This document shows positions 9,491 through 17,471 of a stretch of DNA of 32,000 nt, in pieces. Location: the NCBI RefSeq assembly GCF_003966335.1, contig NZ_CP034549.1, forward strand, positions 270,001 to 302,000, given 5' to 3'. The notes beneath the pieces were generated by a model. The model searched no databases and was not told the DNA's origin. It worked only from the letters and a program-made list of their open reading frames with translations. Origin of the DNA: Nonlabens ponticola. GTDB lineage: Bacteria > Bacteroidota > Bacteroidia > Flavobacteriales > Flavobacteriaceae. How positions within the stretch are numbered: position 1 is the first letter of the stretch; each line of letters begins with the position of its first letter. A program made the position numbers and the translations under genes.

Positions 9491-9521
9491 ATAGGTTGAT
9501 GTTATTAAATAGGTTGATGTT
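9491..9521 (+). repeat. Two exact copies of ATAGGTTGATGTT separated by 5 nt (18-bp period) in the ruvB / peroxiredoxin-like divergent intergenic region
   Basis: Read directly: cgATAGGTTGATGTTattaaATAGGTTGATGTTtttg. Confidence 0.85.
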
Positions 9522-9533
9522 TTTGACTAGTTA

Positions 9534-9547
9534 GCTTTCGCGAAAGC
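9534..9547. repeat. Intergenic copy of the palindrome GCTTTCGCGAAAGC
   Basis: Exact 14-mer. On the minus strand it is immediately preceded by TAATTTTG, whose last G is the first G of the palindrome. Confidence 0.9.
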
Positions 9548-9554
9548 AAAATTA
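9547..9554 (-). promoter_or_regulatory. Candidate -7 box (TAATTTTG) for ruvB-P450, abutting the palindrome
   Basis: Exact TAnnTTTG match on the minus strand ~75 nt upstream of the ruvB ATG. A second match (TATCTTTG, 9479-9486) sits only 4 nt from the ATG and is less plausible. Confidence 0.3.
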
Positions 9555-9627
9555 CCGCCTTCATCACTGCAAATTATAGAGATTTTAAGTAAAACCTAAA
9601 CGGTGTCGTTTATCTTAAAACAAAAAC

Positions 9628-10134
9628 ATGAAACCTACACAACAAGTACCTAGCTTGCATCTTGATTTGATCAATGACACGCAGTGGTCGATGGAAAAGC
9701 AAGATCCCGAAAAATACAGTTTACTCGTTTTCTACCGTGGATATCACTGTCCAGTATGTAAAAAACAGTTGGAATCTCTCAAGGATCACCTGCAGGAATT
9801 CATTGATCGCGGCGTGAACGTTATAGGAATATCGATGGACACTGAAGAACGGGCTAAGAAAACAGGAGACGAATGGGCTATTGAAAGTATACCCATAGGA
9901 TTTGAGCTGAGCGAGGAAAAAGCACGAGAATGGGGTCTGTATTTGTCTAAAGGCATCAGCGATAAGGAACCTGATCTGTTCTCTGAGCCTGCGATGTTCC
10001 TGATCAAGAAGGATGGTACGTTATTCTTCTCGTCCGTACAGAGTATGCCTTTTGCAAGGCCTGCATTTAAAGATCTGTTGAACGCAATTGACTACGTTGA
10101 GAAAAATGATTATCCTGCACGTGGTGAAGCGTAG
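9628..10134 (+). CDS. Peroxiredoxin-like / AhpC-TSA (redoxin) family thiol oxidoreductase
   Basis: 168-aa ORF with an ATG start. Thioredoxin-fold pattern LLVFYRGYHCPVCKKQLESL with a CPVC motif, then ...VIGISMD... and ...PAMFLIKKDGTL..., typical of peroxiredoxin-like proteins. Confidence 0.75.
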   Translation: MKPTQQVPSLHLDLINDTQWSMEKQDPEKYSLLVFYRGYHCPVCKKQLESLKDHLQEFIDRGVNVIGISMDTEERAKKTGDEWAIESIPIGFELSEEKAREWGLYLSKGISDKEPDLFSEPAMFLIKKDGTLFFSSVQSMPFARPAFKDLLNAIDYVEKNDYPARGEA

Positions 10135-10136
10135 CG

Positions 10137-10163
10137 GTTGACAGTTGACAGTTGACAGTTGAC
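10137..10163 (+). repeat. Heptamer microsatellite (GTTGACA) x ~3.9, starting 2 nt after the stop codon
   Basis: Read directly: tagcgGTTGACAGTTGACAGTTGACAGTTGACtaag. Confidence 0.9.
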
Positions 10164-10272
10164 TAAGCTTTGTCATTGATATAACACGTTCTATTTTAGA
10201 AGTACTTACTTCTGAACAAAGAGCATGAGAAGCTTAATTAACGGGATTCAAGGTCAACCAATTTTTACGAAT

Positions 10273-10303
10273 AAAAAATGCAGCCAGTTGGCTGCATTTT
10301 TTT
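10273..10303. terminator. Bidirectional intrinsic terminator between the convergent peroxiredoxin-like gene and ctaD
   Basis: aaaaaaTGCAGCCagttGGCTGCAttttttt: a GC-rich 7-8 bp stem flanked by an A-run and a T-run. Confidence 0.75.
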
Positions 10304-10321
10304 GGGTAGTAATATTAAGTC

Positions 10322-12148
10322 TTAATGATTCATTTCCTCTTCATCTTCCTGCAGAGGAATGTGTTGCGGTACATAATCCTGTCCTGCGATTACGTACTCT
10401 TCATTTTCATTGAGCTTACTGTAATCATAAGGCCATCTGTGAACAGTAGGTATGGCGCCAGCCCAGTTACCGTGAATGTGCTTATCGCCTGTAGTCCACT
10501 CTAGTGTATTAGACTTCCATGGATTAGCTGGAGCTTTCTTACCGTAAAATATACTCTTTACAAAATTGTACGCGAATAATAACTGCGCACCAGCGGTAAA
10601 GATTGCAAAGTAAGTAATCAAGCTATTAGTATCTGCTAGATCATCAAAGTATGGGAAGTTGGTGTTAGTATAGTAACGTCTAGGTAAACCAGCCATACCA
10701 ACGAAGTGCATCGGGAAGAATACACCGTAAGCTCCAATTGCTGTCAACCAGAAGTGAGCGTACCCCAAGTTCTTATTCATCATGCGGTTAAACATCTTAG
10801 GGAACCAGTGGTAGACTCCAGCAAACAGACCGTAGAGCGCCGATATACCCATCACTAGGTGAAAGTGGGCAACTACAAAATAAGTATCGTGAACATTGAT
10901 ATCAAGAGTACTATCACCCAGAATGATACCTGTCAAACCACCGGTGATGAATGTAGATACCAATCCAATGGAAAACAGCATCGCGGGATTCATTTGTAGA
11001 TTACCTTTCCATAAGGTAGTAATGTAATTGAACGCTTTTACACCAGAAGGTATCGCAATCAGTAGCGTTGTAAAGGTAAATACAGATCCCAGAAATGGAT
11101 TCATACCAGAGATAAACATGTGGTGACCCCATACAATCGTTGACAAGAAAGCAATTGCTAAAATGGAAGCTACCATTGCACGATAACCAAAAATAGGCTT
11201 ACGTGAATTTGTTGCAATAATCTCTGAAGTGATACCGAGTGCTGGTAATAAAACGATATAAACCTCTGGGTGACCTAGGAACCAGAATAAGTGTTCAAAT
11301 AATACGGGAGAACCACCTTGATTAGCTAGTACTTCACCACTAATGTAGATGTCTGACAAGAAGAATGAAGTACCAAAACTTCTATCCATGATCAACAGAA
11401 GTGCTGCTGCAAATAATACAGGGAACGACACAATACCGATAATAGCGGTTACAAAGAAGGCCCATATCGTCAATGGCAATCTGGTCATGGACATACCACG
11501 TGTTCTCAAATTAATCACTGTTACTACATAGTTCAAAGAACCTAGTAGTGATGATGCGATAAAAATCGCCATCGAGACTAACCATAATGTCATACCCATT
11601 CCAGAACCACCAATGGCTTCTGGCAAGGCACTCAATGGTGGATAAATCGTCCAACCTGCCGATGCCGGCCCTAGTTCCACAAATAATGAACTAATCATTA
11701 TTACAGATGAAATAAAGAATAACCAATAAGAAACCATGTTCAAAAATCCTGATGCCATATCTCTTGCACCAATTTGAAGCGGAATCAAAAAGTTTGAGAA
11801 CGTACCACTCAATCCTGCGGTAAGAACGAAAAATACCATAATAGTACCGTGGATAGTAACCAAAGCTAAATAAATAGCTGGATCCATAACACCATCTGGC
11901 GCCCATTTACCTAATAAGGCTTCAAAGATCACACTTGGCTCTTCTGGGTTTGCCAACTGCATTCTCATAAGTAACGACATTGCGATACCAATCACACCCA
12001 TGATAAGACCAGTAATAAGGTATTGCTTAGCAATCATCTTATGGTCTTGAGAAAACAGATATTTAGTTACCCAAGTCTCTTTGTGGTGGTGATGTCCATC
12101 TTCATGTCCATGATCATCAGTATGTGCAACTGCGACAGCTTGTCCCAT
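10322..12148 (-). CDS. ctaD: Cytochrome c oxidase (aa3-type heme-copper oxidase) subunit I
   Basis: 608-aa polytopic ORF with an ATG start. Signatures WFLGHPEVYIVLLP, VWGHHMFISG and VVAHFHLVMG, plus a His-rich N-terminal extension. Confidence 0.96.
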   Translation of the reverse strand: MGQAVAVAHTDDHGHEDGHHHHKETWVTKYLFSQDHKMIAKQYLITGLIMGVIGIAMSLLMRMQLANPEEPSVIFEALLGKWAPDGVMDPAIYLALVTIHGTIMVFFVLTAGLSGTFSNFLIPLQIGARDMASGFLNMVSYWLFFISSVIMISSLFVELGPASAGWTIYPPLSALPEAIGGSGMGMTLWLVSMAIFIASSLLGSLNYVVTVINLRTRGMSMTRLPLTIWAFFVTAIIGIVSFPVLFAAALLLIMDRSFGTSFFLSDIYISGEVLANQGGSPVLFEHLFWFLGHPEVYIVLLPALGITSEIIATNSRKPIFGYRAMVASILAIAFLSTIVWGHHMFISGMNPFLGSVFTFTTLLIAIPSGVKAFNYITTLWKGNLQMNPAMLFSIGLVSTFITGGLTGIILGDSTLDINVHDTYFVVAHFHLVMGISALYGLFAGVYHWFPKMFNRMMNKNLGYAHFWLTAIGAYGVFFPMHFVGMAGLPRRYYTNTNFPYFDDLADTNSLITYFAIFTAGAQLLFAYNFVKSIFYGKKAPANPWKSNTLEWTTGDKHIHGNWAGAIPTVHRWPYDYSKLNENEEYVIAGQDYVPQHIPLQEDEEEMNH

Positions 12149-12152
12149 AATA

Positions 12153-13238
12153 TTAATTTTCGTTACTAGCCATTGTGGCTAATGTTTCTTCAAATCTAGT
12201 TTGAGTAGCAGACCACTCATTAAATTCCTCTTCAGTCTCTACAATCATTACCGCTTGCATATTGTAGTGTGTAGCACCACATATCTTATTACAAAGCAGG
12301 TAATATTCAAAATCATAAGGATCTAATGGTACGTCGCCGTTTGCCAATGCTTCCTTACTTTTTTCAGTACGAATTTTATTTATTTTCTTGACCTTTTCAG
12401 TCATGAACTCAGTGTTCTTATAATCCTCAGAAGTTACCGTTGGTGTAAACTTAAATTGAGTCACCATTCCGGGAACTACATTCATTTGAGCTCTAAAGTG
12501 TGGCATGTAAGCCGAGTGCAATACATCTTGACTTCTAAATTTGAATAATACTGGTCGATCTACTGGTAAGTGAAGCTCGTTAGTCACAAAATCATCCATA
12601 CCATCAGCGTCTGTAGGATCAATACCCAATTCATTTACACCTTCTTTAAAACGGACGTTAGCGTCACCTAATGTATTATCATCACCGCTGTACCTAAATC
12701 TCCAGTCAAACTGATAGGCATACACCTCGATAATCAAGGGATCATCATCTGTACTAGCGTCCATGATGTCATTCCATGAGAAAAGACCCCAAAGGATAAG
12801 ACCAGACAGTACAACAACTGGTATAGCGGTCCATATGAATTCAAGGCGATCGTTGTCTGCATAGAAAAGTGCTCTAGCACCTTTTTTACCGTGGTACTTA
12901 TAAGAGAACCAGTGTAATAATCCTTGAGTAAACACTTGAGTTACCATGATCACTACTGTGGTTAATAGTAATAGATTATCATATTCGGCACCATGATCAG
13001 ATGCTGCATCTGGCAAAAAGTAATCTTGATAAGCAACGAAACATGCGATCATCATGATATACATAGCGATCACAAATATGAGCATGGCTTGACCATTCCA
13101 CTTGTTATCAGTGTCGTTTGCGACTTCACTTAATTCTGTATCAGGCTCAGGTGCTTTACCTAGCTTGATAATTTTAGAGATCTGCCACGCAGAAATTGCA
13201 AGAAGGGCTGCAACTAGTATGATTAGAAATGCTGTCAT
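12153..13238 (-). CDS. ctaC: Cytochrome c oxidase subunit II (CuA subunit)
   Basis: 361-aa ORF with N-terminal TM helices and CuA ligands DVLHSAYMP and CNKICGATHYNM (CxxxCxxxHxxM). It ends 4 nt upstream of ctaD. Confidence 0.92.
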   Translation of the reverse strand: MTAFLIILVAALLAISAWQISKIIKLGKAPEPDTELSEVANDTDNKWNGQAMLIFVIAMYIMMIACFVAYQDYFLPDAASDHGAEYDNLLLLTTVVIMVTQVFTQGLLHWFSYKYHGKKGARALFYADNDRLEFIWTAIPVVVLSGLILWGLFSWNDIMDASTDDDPLIIEVYAYQFDWRFRYSGDDNTLGDANVRFKEGVNELGIDPTDADGMDDFVTNELHLPVDRPVLFKFRSQDVLHSAYMPHFRAQMNVVPGMVTQFKFTPTVTSEDYKNTEFMTEKVKKINKIRTEKSKEALANGDVPLDPYDFEYYLLCNKICGATHYNMQAVMIVETEEEFNEWSATQTRFEETLATMASNEN

Positions 13239-13260
13239 TACAGTGTTTTTCTATATAATT

Positions 13261-14670
13261 TTAATAATGAAAATGCTTACTCTCGTCTAGGTATGGATCA
13301 CCTTTGGCTAATAGTGGAGCCTTTGAAATAGTATGGAAAACATATAGCAAGAACACTCCAGCAAAGAACATAAATGCACCTATTTCTGGGAAACCAATAA
13401 ACCATGACTCACCTACGGTTGCTGGACTCACCATAACGAATATATCTAGGTAGTGTCCTATGACGATAAATAATCCAGCGGTAACTACAAACCAATTAAC
13501 ACGCTTGAAATCTGAATTCATAAGAATTAGCAATGGGAATAAGAAGTTGATCGCTACCATACCAAAGAACAGTAAGTTGTAATCTTCAATTCTTGTCACA
13601 AAATAAGTTACTTCTTCCGGGATATTTGAATACCAAATCAACATGAATTGCGAGAACCATAAGTAGGTCCAGAAAATACTGATACCAAACATGAATTTTG
13701 CTAAATCATGTATATGTGAATCGTTCACAAACTCTAAATAACCTTTTGATTTCAAGAAAATCGTTACTAAAGCTATAGTCGTAATTCCTGTCACAAACAT
13801 ACTAGCAAAAACGTACCATCCAAATAAAGTTGAGAACCAGTGTGGATCAAAACTCATGATCCAGTCCCATGCCATGATAGACTCAGTCACGATAAAGAAT
13901 ACTAGGAACATAGCACTGTGCTTGAATCCTTTCTTATACCATTTGATGTCACCTTTTTCAGCATCATCTTGTTTGAGTCCGAACTTTCTAATGTTCCATC
14001 TATAGATATTCCAACCTACTAGAAAGATACCAGCACGAATTAACCAAAACGGCACATTCAAGAAACCAGTCTTACCAGCGATGATAGCATCATAGGCTTC
14101 ACTTGATGGATCATCAACACCAGCTTCCATCCAAGTGAATAGGTGATTTAAATGCAATCCCGAACACAATAAAATGATGAACATTAAGATACCACCAGGA
14201 AGTATATAACTGCTGATACCTTCCATGACTCTAAATAGTACCGGAGACCAACCTGCTTGAGCTACTTTTTGAATCGCGTAAAAAGCAAGTACACCTAATC
14301 CGATCATGAAGAAAAAGAAGCCAGCAATATAAATTGCCGCCCATGGTCTGTTTTGTAATTGATGATATACATGCTCTGCATGTGATCCTGAATGATCCTC
14401 AGCTTCGTGGGGTGTAGTGGTATGCGCGTCCTCAGGATGATCAACACTATTATCTGTAACGTATCCAGTCTCCTTGTGAACATTCTCGTCGCTTGTAGCA
14501 CTATGATCATCATCGACATGAGAACTTCCATGTGCATCATGATCTGCAAGCATTTGCTCAACCTCTTGTTCTGATCCAGGAACGTTGAGGAAACCTATGA
14601 CGGTAAAAGCAGCACCTACCAGCATCAGAATGACGGCAAATACTTTTAGTTTGGTAGTAAGAGTGTACAT
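13261..14670 (-). CDS. actF: Alternative complex III subunit ActF (second NrfD-like polytopic membrane subunit)
   Basis: 469-aa multi-TM ORF located after actE and before ctaC, as in known act clusters. It has a His/Asp-rich loop after TM1. Confidence 0.8.
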   Translation of the reverse strand: MYTLTTKLKVFAVILMLVGAAFTVIGFLNVPGSEQEVEQMLADHDAHGSSHVDDDHSATSDENVHKETGYVTDNSVDHPEDAHTTTPHEAEDHSGSHAEHVYHQLQNRPWAAIYIAGFFFFMIGLGVLAFYAIQKVAQAGWSPVLFRVMEGISSYILPGGILMFIILLCSGLHLNHLFTWMEAGVDDPSSEAYDAIIAGKTGFLNVPFWLIRAGIFLVGWNIYRWNIRKFGLKQDDAEKGDIKWYKKGFKHSAMFLVFFIVTESIMAWDWIMSFDPHWFSTLFGWYVFASMFVTGITTIALVTIFLKSKGYLEFVNDSHIHDLAKFMFGISIFWTYLWFSQFMLIWYSNIPEEVTYFVTRIEDYNLLFFGMVAINFLFPLLILMNSDFKRVNWFVVTAGLFIVIGHYLDIFVMVSPATVGESWFIGFPEIGAFMFFAGVFLLYVFHTISKAPLLAKGDPYLDESKHFHY

Positions 14671-14715
14671 ATATTCTTCTATATCTGTCTAGCGCGAGGC
14701 GCTATTCTATAATCT

Positions 14716-15471
14716 CTAATTATTGTCAATGTTAGCGTCAGATTCTACATCTGCTGGCTCGTCATCCTGTAAGGCTGGCGATAGCTCAGTGGCACCACCA
14801 TCTACAGCATCATCATCGTCAGAAGCATCATCACCATTTACTGCTGGAGTCAATGTTTCCATTAATGTATCCTGCTGCACTGGTTTTCTTTCTTCTTTAA
14901 GAAGATCTGCTCTTAAGGCTTCTACATAGTGTGTGATTTCCCATCGCTCTTCAATACTTGTTTGACTTGCATAAGATCCCATGGTATTGATACCATAGTA
15001 CAACACGTGATAGATGGAACCTTCAGTCAAAGGACGTGCATCATAACTAGGCACGCCTAGGATTTTCTCAGTTTCTACCAGATGACCTACTCCATTACCA
15101 TTTTTACCGTGACAAATTGCACAATATAAATTGTAAAGAACCTGACCGTTAGTCAAATGCTCTTCAGTTAATGGTACTGGGTTCTTTAAGTTCGCTTTCG
15201 CGGAAGCGTAGCCCTCATTATCATCATTATAATCATACGGCATCCATCCTCGAGAGACGGTTCCCTCAACAGGTTTTTGAGCTTCTACATTGCCAGGAAA
15301 AACGTCACCTTCCGAATAAGTCGAGTAGCCAACATCTTCATACATATTAGGAAAGTACTGCGAGCTGCGGTTAGATTTTGCGTTTACCGACTTTTCTGCC
15401 TCTCTACCACCACAAGAAGCGATGATGAAACTAGCACAAGCCAATAATGCGATTTTAAAATATGTCCTCAT
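14716..15471 (-). CDS. actE: Alternative complex III subunit ActE (monoheme c-type cytochrome lipoprotein)
   Basis: 251-aa ORF with a lipoprotein signal (MRTYFKIALLACASFIIASC), a single CAICH heme-binding motif and a 40+ residue acidic C-terminal tail. Confidence 0.85.
   Translation of the reverse strand: MRTYFKIALLACASFIIASCGGREAEKSVNAKSNRSSQYFPNMYEDVGYSTYSEGDVFPGNVEAQKPVEGTVSRGWMPYDYNDDNEGYASAKANLKNPVPLTEEHLTNGQVLYNLYCAICHGKNGNGVGHLVETEKILGVPSYDARPLTEGSIYHVLYYGINTMGSYASQTSIEERWEITHYVEALRADLLKEERKPVQQDTLMETLTPAVNGDDASDDDDAVDGGATELSPALQDDEPADVESDANIDNN
15194..15207. repeat. One-mismatch copy of the palindrome (GCTTTCGCGGAAGC) inside actE, read as A-S-A-K-A
   Basis: Read directly. Frame checked: A89 starts at 15207. 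Confidence 0.8.
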
Positions 15472-16004
15472 TAGTGATCTTCGTTATCGATTAATACTAG
15501 TTCTACTGCGCCAGTATCGTACAAAAATTTGGTGATGGATTCAATGTCCTCGCCGTGAGCATCAACTTCCATAAGAAAGTGATCGTCAGTTGTTCTTACA
15601 TCAGGATTTTCAGCTTCCTTAAAAGGCCATAATCTACTGCGTAAGTAAAAGGTAATTACCATTAAGTGAGCTGCAAAAAATACCGTAAGCTCAAACATGA
15701 TAGGCACAAATGCAGGCATATTCTCTAAGTAAGAAAAACTAGGCTTACCACCTATATTCTGCGGCCAGTCCTCAATCATGATATAGTTCATCATGACGGT
15801 TGCTACAGCTAGACCAACAATACCATATAAAAAAGCGTTGATGGCTAGTCGTGTATCTGCAAGACCCATTGCCTTTTCTAGTCCGTGAACAGGAAATGGG
15901 CAAAAAATCTCTTCAATGTGATAATGCTGTTCTCTAATTTGCTTTACAGCTCTTAAGAGAATATCATCGTCATTGTATAATGCGTGTATCTTTTGTGTCG
16001 CCAT
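15471..16004 (-). CDS. actD: Alternative complex III subunit ActD (DUF3341-like membrane subunit)
   Basis: 177-aa ORF with two central hydrophobic helices. It sits between actC and actE. Its stop overlaps the actE ATG by 1 nt (TAATG). Confidence 0.78.
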   Translation of the reverse strand: MATQKIHALYNDDDILLRAVKQIREQHYHIEEIFCPFPVHGLEKAMGLADTRLAINAFLYGIVGLAVATVMMNYIMIEDWPQNIGGKPSFSYLENMPAFVPIMFELTVFFAAHLMVITFYLRSRLWPFKEAENPDVRTTDDHFLMEVDAHGEDIESITKFLYDTGAVELVLIDNEDH

Positions 16005-16009
16005 AATAA

Positions 16010-17446
16010 TTATTCGCTTGGGTGCGCCATAGGGTCACCGCTGGCTGCGTTTTTGTTAGACGTCATTTTATTTTCTCTCAATTCCTTGTACTTGTTACCA
16101 CTCGACTTGAGAATGGACTTCACCTCTGCTTGAGCAATTACTGGGAATGTTCTAGAGTATAATAGGAACAATACAAAGAAGAATCCTATCGTCCCAATAA
16201 AAATACCTATATCAACAAATGTAGGTGAGAACATGGTCCATGATGATGGTAGGTAGTCACGGTGCAATGAAGTCACGATGATTACAAAACGCTCAAACCA
16301 CATACCGATGTTTACAACGATCGAGATGGCAAAGGAGAAAAGAATGCTTGTTCTTAATTTCTTGAACCACATAAACTGTGGAGAGAACACATTACATGTC
16401 ATCATCGCCCAATACGCCCATGCATAAGGTCCTGTAGCCCTGTTTAAGAATGCGTACTGTTCGTACTCTACTCCTGAATACCATGCAACGAACAACTCTG
16501 TTATGTATGCCACACCAACGATGGAACCAGTAATCATGATAACCAGATTCATTAATTCAATATGTTGGATAGTGATATAATTCTCAAGGTGACAAACTTT
16601 ACGCATCACGATAAGAAGTGTGTTCACCATAGCAAAGCCTGAGAATACCGCACCAGCAACAAAGTATGGTGGGAAAATTGTCGTGTGCCATCCTGGAATA
16701 ACCGATGTTGCAAAGTCAAAGGATACGATCGTGTGTACGGAAAGTACCAGTGGCGTTGCCAAACCTGCAAGTACAAGAGAAACTTCTTCAAAACGTTGCC
16801 AGTCCTTAGCACGACCCGACCATCCAAAAGATAATAGTCCGTAAATTTTCTTATTAAAAGGAGTGATAGCTCTATCGCGTATCATCGCGAAATCAGGAAG
16901 CAATCCAGTCCACCAAAACACTAAAGAAACCGATAGGTACGTGGAGATTGCGAATACATCCCAAAGTAGCGGCGAGTTAAAGTTCACCCATAAAGAACCA
17001 AATTGATTAGGGATAGGTAGTACCCAATAAGCCAACCATGGACGACCCATGTGTATGATAGGGAACAATCCTGCCTGAATTACCGAGAAAATGGTCATTG
17101 CCTCAGCAGATCTGTTGATCGCCATTCTCCATTTTTGACGGAATAACAATAGTACTGCTGATATAAGAGTACCAGCGTGACCAATTCCTACCCACCATAC
17201 AAAATTGGTAATATCCCATGCCCAACCGATGGTTTTATTCAAACCCCATACACCGATACCTGTAGATATGGTGTAAGTGATACATCCTATTCCATAAAGA
17301 AAGGCTACCAGTGCAATGGTAAATACAATCCACCACTGTTTATTAGCAACGCCTTCTACTGGCGCGGCAATATCCTTAGTCACATCAGAGAATGTTTTGT
17401 CTCCTGTAATTAAGGGTCTTCTTATGGACGCTTCATAATGAGCCAT
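16010..17446 (-). CDS. actC: Alternative complex III subunit ActC (NrfD/PsrC-like quinol-interacting membrane subunit)
   Basis: 478-aa polytopic ORF directly downstream of actB, as in known act clusters. Confidence 0.85.
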   Translation of the reverse strand: MAHYEASIRRPLITGDKTFSDVTKDIAAPVEGVANKQWWIVFTIALVAFLYGIGCITYTISTGIGVWGLNKTIGWAWDITNFVWWVGIGHAGTLISAVLLLFRQKWRMAINRSAEAMTIFSVIQAGLFPIIHMGRPWLAYWVLPIPNQFGSLWVNFNSPLLWDVFAISTYLSVSLVFWWTGLLPDFAMIRDRAITPFNKKIYGLLSFGWSGRAKDWQRFEEVSLVLAGLATPLVLSVHTIVSFDFATSVIPGWHTTIFPPYFVAGAVFSGFAMVNTLLIVMRKVCHLENYITIQHIELMNLVIMITGSIVGVAYITELFVAWYSGVEYEQYAFLNRATGPYAWAYWAMMTCNVFSPQFMWFKKLRTSILFSFAISIVVNIGMWFERFVIIVTSLHRDYLPSSWTMFSPTFVDIGIFIGTIGFFFVLFLLYSRTFPVIAQAEVKSILKSSGNKYKELRENKMTSNKNAASGDPMAHPSE

Positions 17447-17471
17447 AGTGTCTGATTAGTTTCTTAATTAA

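Noticed and set aside
10137-10163. TTGACA repeats as stacked sigma-70 -35 boxes
   Set aside because: Bacteroidota primary promoters use TTTG/TAnnTTTG elements rather than TTGACA/TATAAT. The array also lies between two convergent gene ends with nothing downstream to transcribe.
10225-10413. 62-aa plus-strand ORF spanning the terminator and the 3' end of ctaD
   Set aside because: It runs through a clear bidirectional terminator hairpin and into the ctaD coding region on the opposite strand. No supporting signals.
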